Assembly: GCA_037447605.1 (NCBI GenBank)
Contig: CM074810.1
Span: 1,770,880 to 1,834,879, forward strand
DNA length: 64,000 bases
From: Zygnema circumcarinatum SAG 698-1b
Taxonomy: Eukaryota > Plantae > Zygnematophyceae
Direction of reading: 5' to 3'
The position numbers and the translations under genes are program-made. Below are positions 54,325 to 64,000 of the stretch, piece after piece (the first letter of the stretch is position 1; each line of letters starts with the position of its first letter). Below the pieces are notes generated by a model, which did not search any database, was not told the DNA's origin, and was given only the letters and a program-made list of their open reading frames with translations.

Positions 54325-55549
54325 AGAGACCCTATCCTCCACAATATTGAAGCCTCATAAATGAAGGCCTAGTAAGTCATAAACCCCCACAGTGTGCTAG
54401 GGCTATATTATGTGTATATATGTATTATTATCCTATTATTGTACAGTTATTGGGTACATGAATCTTATCATAATACGATCAGATAGAATTAACATCTGAA
54501 GGGGGGGCTTCGGTTTGTGGGCGCAGTAACTGCTTTTGGAGACGCGATGAAGGTCTTTCTGAAATAAGGAGAGGTAGGGGGAGGGGGAGGGGGAGAGGGA
54601 GAGGGAGAGCGAGTGGGGGGGGTAGGGGGAGTGGGTGGGAGTGAGGAATTTAGTGGGAGCGGGACAGGGAGGGAGGATATGTAACCGTAAACACGTTGCT
54701 CCACAGTCTGTTGCGACATGACGAGGTGGCCAAACTGACTTTTTCATTATAGCAAGTTATTGAGGGGCTAGAAATGAAAGACGTGATTTGGAACTTGGTG
54801 ATTCCATGCGCTTTGTTGTGACAAAATGGAGGGGGTTTTAAGGAGGTGGTTTGCACTGAAACCGAGCATTTCTATGCGGCTTATGTGGCTCGATGTTATG
54901 AGGTCGTTTGGACATTTACACACATTTTGAGTTCGTGTCGGGGGACAACTAGTGGGGGTGTGGATCACACCAATTGTTAGTGTCGGATCGAGTATTAGCA
55001 TTCGAACATATCTGTATGAAATATATATAGCCCTAAAAGCCCAAAAAAGTTCCACTAATTACGAGTGGCATGAATACATAGTAGTTTTCTTCAAATATGT
55101 GGCCCACGCACCTTATGCTATGAATCAATTTGTGGGTATACTAAGTGGGGTCCACAGTACTAGAAGTAAACTGAGATCCCAATGAGTTTGGCCTACACTG
55201 GAAAAATGAAAAGGAAAAATGGCATTAAGCTCACGATGGCGATGCCATCAAATATACATGGACAAAAAAAAGCATGGTTTTTTCAAAAACATCCAAAACT
55301 GGCTCTCTCTCTCTCTCTCTCTCTCACCAACACCACACCCCCTTCCCCCCCCTCATCACAAGCAAAAAAAAAAATGCAGACTATGTTACAAAACCACACT
55401 CTACCACACCCCCTCTCTCTCCCCGTTCTCCCTCTCTCTTCATCCCTTAAAAAAACAACTATGCAAGCTTCCTCTCTCTCCCCCCTTCCCACCCCCCATC
55501 CCCCACCTCCCTCTCGACACCCCTCTCCTTTCTACCTCTCCCCACTGCC

Positions 55550-58116
55550 TCAGTCCTTGTCCTCCACCCGTGCCTCCACGTCGATAATTTCTCCGCTTGA
55601 ATTCGGCGCCTCTCTCTCTCTCTCTCTTCCCCACCTCCCTCCCGCCTTTCCGCCAAACCCGCTTCCGCCTGCAAAAAGCAAAGATAATAAACAGAAAGAA
55701 AGAGGAAAAAAACAAATTTAGAAAGCAGATCCGACAGTTCAGTTCAGATCTCTTCTCGAGTTTTGCGATGACAAGAGTCTTTCAATGGTCAACTATTTTA
55801 ATTCGTCGTTTAATTCTAAATCTTAGTAAAATAAAAAAATACCTTTATTACGTATTGCCGAAGCGACGGTATATCGTTCTGCAGCCGCCAGCCGGTCCGC
55901 ATGGGACCTCCTTCTCTCGCTTCTGTTGAAATCTCCTGAAACTTCACCTGGCTCTGTTGCGTCCTCAAACTGCGGACTCGCTCTCAGGAACACTCCTTCC
56001 TCCACTGCGAGAAAGAAACTCAGAAAGATTGGAAAAATAAAAAATAAAATCGAAAAAGAATGAATCTCGTTCAAACAGCAAAGTATAGGGTGAAAATGGC
56101 TATAGCATAGATTTTAAGCAATTGGGGTAGAAATAGGAAAATAACAGTACGAGCAAACACCCCAAGAAAAAAAGGGGAAGGACAGAAATTTAGAGCATAC
56201 CTGTAAATGTATTTCCGCAAAACAAACATTTTTGAGGCACCGATTTCCCCTCGTGAACGGCAAGAGCACTGATCCAACCGCTCTACAACCCATCTCGATA
56301 AAGTCACATTCGGAAAAGTTGGAGGCAGGGAGGGGATAGGAGAGAGGAGAGACGAACTGCATTAAACCCTTCCTCCCCCTCTTCCCTTCTCCCCCCCCCC
56401 CTTTTCTCTTTTGTCACGTCACTCCCTCGCTATTTCCTCTTGGATCTCTCTCCCTCCTGCTCTCTCCTTCCCATCCGCTCTCCATCTCTCTCTCTCTTTT
56501 TCCTTTCTCTCCCCTTCAATCTGTCCACTAGTCACCTTTTTTTCCTTACCCTCTCACCTCCCCTTCTCCTCCACTCCTCCCCTTCCTCCCATCCATATTT
56601 CCTCCTCCCACTCGCGACATATCTCTCTTTCGATCCGCCTCCCCCCTTTTTTTCTCCCTCTCCACCCCTCTCTTCTCTCTATATCACTCGCCCCTCCTCG
56701 TCTCTCTCGCTTCCCCTCTCCCTCTTCCCCCTCTCTTCTCTCCCTCTCTCTCCCACACTCTCTCCCTCCTTCCCTCTCTCCCTCTCATTTCTGGCCCCAG
56801 AAAAAAACTTTGCAACTTACCTGAGCACTTTGTGTCCCTCCCCACACCACGGGCACTGCACTCAAAAAAAAAGGGGGGGGTGGGCAGAAATGAACCCCTT
56901 ACTCCCTAAAGCAATAAGCTTGATTTTAAAAAATTAACACATGACCTTCCTATTCTTAAAATTCAAAAAAAAAAAAAAAAATCAAAAAAAACTCTCTTCT
57001 CCAATGCTTAATTTCCTTTTCGACTTCCCTTTGCAAACCCCAAAACCTTCTCAAAACCTGCCCAAAAAAATCGGAACTTTCTCGATAATATCCAAATAAG
57101 TTGTCACTAACATTTCCGACAGCATGGCGTGACGTCACTCATATTTCTGACCTCATAGGGTGACGTCAGACTTACATTTCCGACTGTAATTTTTCCCAAG
57201 CCAATATTTCTTCTTTCGAGAAAATCTCCAATTTCGATCACAACGATGAATAAAATAAAAACTGCCTGCATTGAACATTGCCGCCCGAACATACCCAAAA
57301 AATAAACACCAGATGCTATCTCCGTGTAAATGAAGATATTAATGCAGAGAAGAAAAAAAACGTAAACAATGGGTTTTTAAAATGTTAGGAGTTTTAGAAG
57401 ACATCCTAAACACCCTAAAACAACTTAGAGAAAAATAATAATTTCATGCTTACCACTAAAATTTCTGCCGCGATTTTTGCCGCGTTATCGAGAAATTCGA
57501 AATTGTCGGTTAAAACGAGGCCCACAAAAAGTCCCAAAATGAGAGTGTTCAGCGAAGGGAGAGGGAACTGGGGCCCTCCGTCGCCGCCAACGGAACTGGA
57601 ACTGGAACGGCGAAAAAAAGCGTCGACATGGAACCGCCTGAAAGCGAGACCCAAATTGAAGGTCAATTTCTCTCAATTTTGACTGATTTTGACTAATTTT
57701 GACTAATTTTGACTAAATTTGACTTTAACCAAGTTTAAGGTTTCTTTTTATTAAAAATTTGAAAGTTTCCGGAAAGGCAAGTCGGTTTTGAAAATTAAAA
57801 AATTCCCAAAAAGTAAAAAGAATTACAATTACCCAATTGGCCTTCCTCGCCTGACACATGTGAACATGCCACGTATCTTCTTCCGTAGAATGCCACGATT
57901 AACCCCTAAAATTGTGCCACGTGGCGAATGAAAGGCGCACGCCACCACCCTCGGCCGGCGGTGAAAGGAGAAGTTGACACGTGTCACTCGGCAGGGCGTT
58001 GAGGATGACGGGGAACGGCCACGTGGCTCTGCATGATTGGCTCGCTTTGATAGTTCCACGTGGCAGCACAAAGCGGGAGAATTAGAGGCCTGCGGAGCTG
58101 CCACGTGGAGGAGCAT
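55550..58116 (-). CDS. Plastid-targeted membrane protein with a Zn-ribbon (CPxC...CxFC) and an IIDVEA tail, 7 exons (At2g44870-like, from memory)
   Basis: Exons 57833-58116, 57454-57637, 57176-57265, 56821-56855, 56201-56268, 55843-56004 and 55550-55668, phases consistent. They encode a transit-like N-terminus, two hydrophobic segments, VGNCPWCGEGHKVL, PQKCLFCGNTFTVEEGVFLRASPQF and the C-terminus GEIIDVEARVEDKD. Confidence 0.8.
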
Positions 58117-58369
58117 GGCAGCGTGCAATGGGAGAGGGACACGTGTGCTTTTCCAGCTGGTGGACTCGCTCTGATGGGGCTGTGAGAAGAGAGAGAGAGA
58201 GAGAGAGAAAAGGGAGGCGGGGGGGAGAGAGAGCGAGCCAAAAGAATAACGGGGAGGGCGCGAGAGAACGACAGAGGAGAGGGAGAGCAAGAGAGAGAGA
58301 GGAGAGGAGGCAGTGGGAGTCAACCGTAAGGTTTTAGCTTCGGCGGTGCTGGTGTTTTTAAAAATATTT

Positions 58370-58398
58370 TATATAAATATGTTTTGCATTAAATTAGC
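58370..58398 (+). promoter_or_regulatory. Plant 5S-type upstream elements: TATATA at about -29, GC at about -13, C at -1
   Basis: TATATA at 58370-58375, GC at 58386-58387 and C at 58398, relative to a +1 at G58399. Confidence 0.6.
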
Positions 58399-58519
58399 GT
58401 GGTGCGATCATACCTAGGCTACTACGCCAGATCCCATCAGACCTCCGCAGCTAAGCGCCTGTGGGCCGGAATAATACTGGGATGGGTAACCTCCCGGGAA
58501 GTCCCGGGGTCGCACCCAC
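58399..58519 (+). rRNA. 5S: 5S rRNA gene, solitary copy
   Basis: ~120 nt GTGGTGCGATCATACC...GATCCCATCAGA...AGCTAAGC (box A)...GGATGGGTAACCTCCCGGGAAGTCC...TCGCACCCAC. Helix I GGUGCGA/UCGCACC pairs, and helix II retains pairing via compensatory A-U and U.G pairs. Close to bryophyte-type 5S. Confidence 0.88.
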
Positions 58520-58522
58520 AAA

Positions 58523-58527
58523 TTTTT
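58523..58527 (+). terminator. Pol III oligo-dT terminator (T5) after the 5S gene
   Basis: TTTTT begins 4 nt after the predicted 3' end. Confidence 0.7.
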
Positions 58528-59352
58528 GATCTTTCACCAATTCTTCTTTTTTCCACTTCTTGTGCCAAACTTGTTTCTTGGATTTAAAAATTTCTAAAAA
58601 TGTAGTTTCTATGTCTTTAAAAAATCTTGCCATCGCGATGCGTCGCGTCATGCGTTGGCTCGAGGGCGATGGACCTTCTTCAAATTATTCTGTTGGTTGG
58701 CATTCGTGGTTTATTTCCCTCTCCCTCTCTCTAAGAGTCAAAGCTACTCCACTTGTATGGTAATGCCAACCCTAAAACCTCGAAACCCTAAAACCCAGAG
58801 TTGCCTCGACCACCTTACGCTCGCTCATGTCTTTGTTCAACAAGACATTGGAGCAACACGCGCACATGGCTCATTTCATGCCCTCCAACCTCCGGTTCCA
58901 TGCTGACGGTTCTTGACTGAAACTGAGAATTGAACGGAACTGAGAACGGAATTCCACAAATGTACAGCGTTGAACCATTCCAATTCATAGGGGTTCAGGT
59001 GCCTATCCATGTCCACACCCGTCCTCCGCTCTGCTAAACCCTAAACCCTCAACTTTTATTTGCAATTACACTATGCTTTCCTTTTCAATGTACAATGGAG
59101 CAAGCATGTAACCCCTCCGTTCCGTTTCGGACCCAACATGACATCACGAGTCAACGCCACCATAGAACCTACTCAAAGCCCAACCTAAGTCCCTAAATCC
59201 TAAAGCCCTTGAACCCTAAACCCAGGACCGGAAAAACTTGATTCCCAGTGGACGAATTATTTCGGTCGACTCAAAAAATGGTGAAACGGAGAACGAACTG
59301 AAACGGCGTTCCATGGATCCCTGAACCATAGAAGCGTTTTAGGGTTTTAGGG

Positions 59353-61749
59353 TTACGCCGGCGACGTTTGGGCAACGCTCTCCGCCAAAAAGGGTTCAGA
59401 TTCAGGTGGGGGCGACCGTCGCCCTGAACCCTCAAAATATCCCAACAAGGAGAGCCCTGTGAACATGACTTTATCAAGTGAAAAAAAGGCAAGACTATAA
59501 AAGGGAAAGGAGGTTGCCAAGAACCAGGAAGACAACGTTGACTTAGACTCGGATATTGACTTTATTTGACTTCGACATTGACTTTGACTTCAAGTTCCAC
59601 TCCAACTTTAACTTTAACTCTGAGCCTATCTCCGTCAGGGGTCCTCCGGTGTGCCCAAACCGGACGCCCCTTTATGGAAGAAAAACCCTCCGCCCTTGAC
59701 CTTGACTTTGACTTTGGACTTTGCTGTTGACTTTCAAGTTGACTTTATCGAGGACTGTCATAAGGAGACCCTCCCCCCTTGACCTTTACTTTTTAAAATT
59801 GATTTTGAAGTTCACTTTGAAGTTGAGTTTGAAGTTCACTTTGAAGTTTTGTTTGAAGTTCACTTTGAAGTTGAGTTTGAAGTTCACTTCGAAGTTGAGT
59901 TTGAAGTTCACTTTGAAGTTGAGTTTGAAGTTCACTTTGAAGTTGAGTTTGAAGTTCACTTTGAAGTTGAGTTTGAAGTTCACTTTGAAGTTCACTTTGA
60001 AGTTGAGTTTGAAGTTCACTTCGAAGTTGAGTTTGAAGTTCACTTTGAAGTAGAGTTTGAAGTTCACTTTGACTTTGCAGTTGACTTTGAGGTTGACTTT
60101 ACCGAGGAAAGCCGTGAAGGAGACGGCGAGTGCGGCTAGCCCCGTTACGAGCACGTCCGCCCCGAAGAGCACTCCGAGGGCCCGCGCGGCGCCCTCGGGG
60201 AGTAGCGCCACCACCCAGAACCCCAACCCCACCGACAGGACCCCGCTCAGGAGGGGCCCCGGCCAGGCCCGCGCCGACACGGCCCGCAGGGAGAGGGAGT
60301 ACGCCAGGGCGACCTTGAACAGACCCTGCCACGTACGCACGCGCCAGCCAATGGGAGCAGGCCACGTGTCAGCAAGCAAATGAGAAGAGGACACGTGTCA
60401 ACTGATGGGAGTAGGGTGCATGCATGTGTATGCATACCTGAGCGATGAACCATCCGGAGAGGATGATGGTGAGGTAGACGATGGCTTCCGAGGGGGAGGA
60501 GAGGAGGTAGGCTCCCACAGAGAGGTGGAGGGCCCCCAAGAGGAGGAGGAGGAGGGCCCCCGGCGCGCCGCACAGGAGGAGGGAGACCGACACGGCGGCC
60601 GCGCCGGTGACCAGGAGCACCGCACCTGGACGGGCGAGTCAGAGAACGACACGTGGCGTCAGCGAGTGACACGTGGCATGAGTGAGTGACACGTGGCATG
60701 GAGGCGTGGAATGAGAACGAGTCATGGTTGGACCAGTCGTGAAGCGACACGTGTTAGAGTTGGTGGTCGTGGAGGGACACGTGGGAGGGATGTCCAATCA
60801 TGGAGAGACACGTGGCAGGCGTGGGTGCTTGCGGTTGAAGTTTTTCCGGGTCTAGTTTTGAGGGGTTTTAGTTTTTTTTTTTTTTTTTTTTGGGAGGTGA
60901 GGGAAAGAAAGGTTTTGGTTTGGGTTTGAAGGATGGTTCGAAGTTTAGAACGTACCGATGAAGATGCCGATGGCGAACGAGAATGCGACGGGAGAGATGA
61001 TGGCGACGATTCCGACGATGACGAAAACTGCAAAGCAGAGAGAGAGGGAGAGTGAGAGAGAGCGAGAGAGAGAGAGAGCGAAAGAGAGTGAGAGAGGAAC
61101 GAGAGAGAGGGGAAAGTGGGAGAGACAGTTGAGAGAGAGAAAGAAGAGAGGAGAGTGAGAGGAAAGAGAAGTGAGAGAGGAGCGAGGAGGAGGCGGGAGA
61201 GAGAGGAGAGGAAGAGAGTTGAGAGAGAGCACGAGAGAGGCAGGAACAAGGAGGAAAGACGAAAATTTAAATTTATTTTTTTAGTTTAAAAAAATAAACG
61301 ATTGTGAATTCAGCTCAAACGATTGCAGAAAAGAAAAGAAAAAAAAGAAAAAATCAAAAACGAAGAGGACGCCGATCCCCTCTCTTTTAAATTTTTGTTT
61401 TCTTTGCTTTAATATAAAACAGCATCAAACACGATGCGGGGTTTTAGCAGAAAACTTAAAACCCTTCCGCCCACATCTTCCTATTTCAAATGCCTCATTT
61501 GTTCTTTTTCAAAAAATATTTAAACTCTTAAATTCCCTTTTTCTTTAAAAAATTATTAGAACAAAAATAATTTTCTTTACCTGCGCCATAAAGAGCGTTG
61601 AAGAGCATCATCCGTGACAGGGTGTCACGGTCGAGGGCTTCTCCCGCCATACTTTGGGATTCGTACATTCCGTACACACTGTACGTTCCGTATACATTAG
61701 GGTTTTCAGGCAGAAGAGGAGGAGGAGGGGGGAGCGGCTGCTCCGCCAT
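59353..61749 (-). CDS. HdeD/DUF308-like multipass membrane protein, 5 exons
   Basis: Exons 61581-61749, 60956-61027, 60438-60625, 60103-60325 and 59353-59456 (alternative last exon 59635-59669). The sequence VIVGIVAIISP...VLLVTG...LLGALHLSVGAYLLSSP...WFIAQGLFKVALA...WPGPLLSGVLSVGLG...ALGVLFGADVLVTG follows the six-helix DUF308 repeat pattern of bacterial HdeD. Confidence 0.75.
59806..60070 (+). repeat. 24-bp tandem repeat (GAAGTTCACTTTGAAGTTGAGTTT) in HdeD-like intron 4
   Basis: About 11 units built from two alternating 12-mers, flanked by degenerate TTGACT repeats. Confidence 0.92.
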
Positions 61750-61780
61750 TCCGTACAGGTGCCTGAAAGGCGCGAAGGTT

Positions 61781-62460
61781 GACACGTGTACGTGTCACGG
61801 AGTTCCACGTAGAAGTCAAAGATGGGGGGCTGTATGGTTGCGCCACGTGGACAGGCTGAGGGGGCGACACGTGGCGGGGGGGAGGGGGGAAGAGGGGGGT
61901 GGGGGCGAGGGGAGACGCTCGGAAGGGAGGGACTTGTGATGGCGCGAAACATGGAGAGAAAATTGAACCACACGGAACTGGAACTGGAACTGGGCTGCGA
62001 TTGTGGGAAACGGTTGAGATTACATGGAACAGCGTGGAATTTTGATGTACTGTAAAGTTGAATCTTGCTAAAGTAAAAAAAAAATCGGAGCTGGCACTGA
62101 TGGTGCCACGTGACATTCCATGATTGGACGGTCAGCGGACACAGCAGCAACGGACAGAACCGGCGGGCACCGTCGGTTCAGTCGGTGCCAGATTCTCGTA
62201 CATTGGCGGGGGGCCTTTTGGACGACTTTCAAGACTGTGTGGGCCAATGAGGGCATGCCATGTCAACAGCCAGCGTTTCCTTGTTTCTGACACGTGTCAT
62301 GACGACAACGAATCTTATGTCGCCAGGCACGCCCTTGAGATTTCTCGAGATTTTGCAGCAAATGCACGCTCAACACGTGGTGCTGACATTCGGCAGTCTG
62401 CTCAACTGACTTGAAAACCGGCCAGCTGCATGCCACGTGGACGATTTTTTAACACGTGGC
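61781..62460. promoter_or_regulatory. G-box/ABRE-like (CACGTG) cluster upstream of the HdeD-like gene
   Basis: CACGTG at about 61783, 61844, 61868, 62107, 62291, 62374, 62435 and 62454. Further copies lie in its introns (60360-60400 and 60650-60820). Confidence 0.5.
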
Positions 62461-62784
62461 GAAAGGGCATTGGCCGGTTCCTGAAAATCGCACTGCCCTT
62501 CCTTTAGGGCCACGTCCTTTTTGAGGGTTCAGGGCTTATGAGAACCCTAAAGCCCTAACAACCATTAAAAAAGTGAATTTGCAAAACAAAACAAAATAAA
62601 AAAATAGAAATAATTTCTATGCATGTCTATGTAAGAAATATATGTTTTTCGTATATTCGACTTTCTTGAATTTATATAAATTCCTTCTTCAAGCCGCCCC
62701 TCCTCTCACAGGTACTAGTAACTCCTAAGAGCAATTAAATCTGAAGGAAATAAAAAAAATCGATTGCGAAGCCCCATTTGCAAC

Positions 62785-63659
62785 TCAGAGCGGTTTGCGC
62801 GCCACAAAAAAGTAAAGCGGCGTAAAAATTTCTTTCCTGAAACGGATCAAAAAGAAAAAAATATATATTTTAAAATAAATTTTCAAATTGGAGAAACATG
62901 AACTCACGCGTACATAAACAGACTGCTTTGAATTAAGGGCAGAGGGAGAGGGGGAAAGGAAGAGGGGGAGAGAGAGAGAGAGAGAGAGGAAGTGTGTGGG
63001 AGAGAGGGGAAAAGGAGTGAGAGACGACGAGGAAGCGAAGGAAAGAGAGGGACAGAGAGAGTGTGTTTGTGTGAGAGAGCGGGTGGGGGGGGAAGAGAAG
63101 GAAAGACAAAGGAAGAGATATGAGAAGTTTGTGTGAGGGAGTAGGGGAGGGAGAGCGGGAGAGGGAAAGGGAGGAAGAGAGAGAAGGTGTAAGTGCGTCA
63201 GAGAGAGAGAGGGAGAGAGAGAGAGAGAGAGAGAATGCAGGGAGAAAGTGTGTGACAGTGGGGGGAGAGAGAGCGCGGGAGATGGGTGGGAGAGAGTAAG
63301 TGTGTTTGTCAATATGGGTGAGAGAGAGAGAGAGAAACAGAGGGAGGGAGAGGGAAGTGTGTATGTGAGGGCGGAGGGGAACAAGTGGAGCAAAAGAGAG
63401 AGGATGTGAGAGAGGGGTGGCAGAGAGAGAGAGAGATTGGGAGAGGCGGGGGGGGGAGGGGCGAGTGGGACAGGCAACATAAAAAGAAAAAACAGCGAAG
63501 GAAGAAAAAAAAAAGATCTAAACAAGCGGAAAAAGCGACTAAAAAAAGGGGTGCAAATGACCTTCCCCCGGCGACCAATCCGTCGGCTCCGCTCTCCAAG
63601 AATTGCGCCACTCGGTAGCTGCCAGCTGGCGCGATGCGGCCCAGCTCCAGGAGCCACAC
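62785..63659 (-). CDS. SMT1: Sterol C-24 methyltransferase (SMT1/ERG6), last two exons; the rest lies beyond the right edge
   Basis: Exons 63562-63659 and 62785-62836 join to give VWLLELGRIAPAGSYRVAQFLESGADGLVAGGRKEIFTPLYFFVARKPL*, the SMT1 C-terminal signature. Confidence 0.9.
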
Positions 63660-64000
63660 CTGCACGCAAAAACAAAATTTTAGGGCAGCCCCTCCCAACC
63701 AAAAAAAAAAAATGAAAAGGAAAAGCCGATCCTAAAAGCTCAAAAATCCAAAAAAAAGGTTAGGGGAGGGGGGGTAGTACGCTATGGGGGGTAGTAAGGG
63801 TTTGTAAGGTAGAGAGAGAGAGGGAGAGAGAGGGAGAGAGAAAGAGAGAGAGAGGGACAGAGAGAAAGAGAGAGGGAGAGAGAGGGAGAGAGGGAGAGAG
63901 AGAGAGGGAGAAAAGAGACGAGAGTGGGACAAGAGGGGAGAGAGAGGAGAGAGGAGAGAGAGGGGAGGAGAAAAGAGAAAAAGAAGGGGGGCAGAGAAAG

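Noticed and set aside
58117-58323. Non-AUG N-terminal extension of the plastid Zn-ribbon protein
   Set aside because: The frame is open but CT-repeat-derived, and the ATG at 58116 already yields a plausible transit peptide.
58590-59260. Small plus-strand gene downstream of the 5S
   Set aside because: The ORFs are short, have no recognisable motif and no consistent exon chain. This is probably the 3' flank of the HdeD-like gene.
59721-60139. ORFs with KFTLKLSL / FEVHFEVE repeats
   Set aside because: These are translations of the intronic 24-bp repeat.
59353-61749. Bacterial contamination explaining the HdeD-like gene
   Set aside because: It has phase-consistent spliceosomal introns with the same repeat style as its neighbours and is contiguous with plant genes.

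Overview
Eukaryotic nuclear DNA from a green plant, most likely a streptophyte alga or an early-diverging land plant. The basis is GT-AG introns, plant-type TTTAGGG-derived repeats, a bryophyte/charophyte-like 5S sequence and land-plant-like gene families; the species cannot be named from the sequence. The assembly is a short-contig draft with twelve 10-N gaps in GA/CT low-complexity tracts. I reconstructed 12 protein-coding genes by hand with phase-consistent exons: U2AF65 (-, 3' end off-window), ATG5 (+, partly doubled across a gap), a DUF7796-like type II membrane protein (-), BLOC1S1 (-, middle exons lost in a gap), an intronless SAM-domain protein (+), COX17 (-), a DUF3685/Ycf55-like plastid protein (+), TMEM184/OST-alpha (+), a CNNM/DUF21-CBS protein (+), a plastid Zn-ribbon membrane protein (-), an intron-containing HdeD/DUF308-like protein (-) and the last two exons of SMT1 (-). 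Other features are a solitary 5S rRNA gene, a hAT MITE, a MULE pair, a Tourist-like MITE and a 1.37-kb perfect (TC)n tract. The most unusual region is 19.8-25.4 kb. There, non-autonomous DNA transposons with GGGGGAGT termini and a 5-bp (A/T)AATA target duplication are stacked at one site, and one of them is a 4.4-kb near-complete foldback. That end/TSD signature fits no eukaryotic superfamily I can confidently assign and resembles bacterial Tn3 ends. Most long ORFs in the supplied track are artefacts of microsatellites. Family names come from remembered motif similarity; no database search was run.
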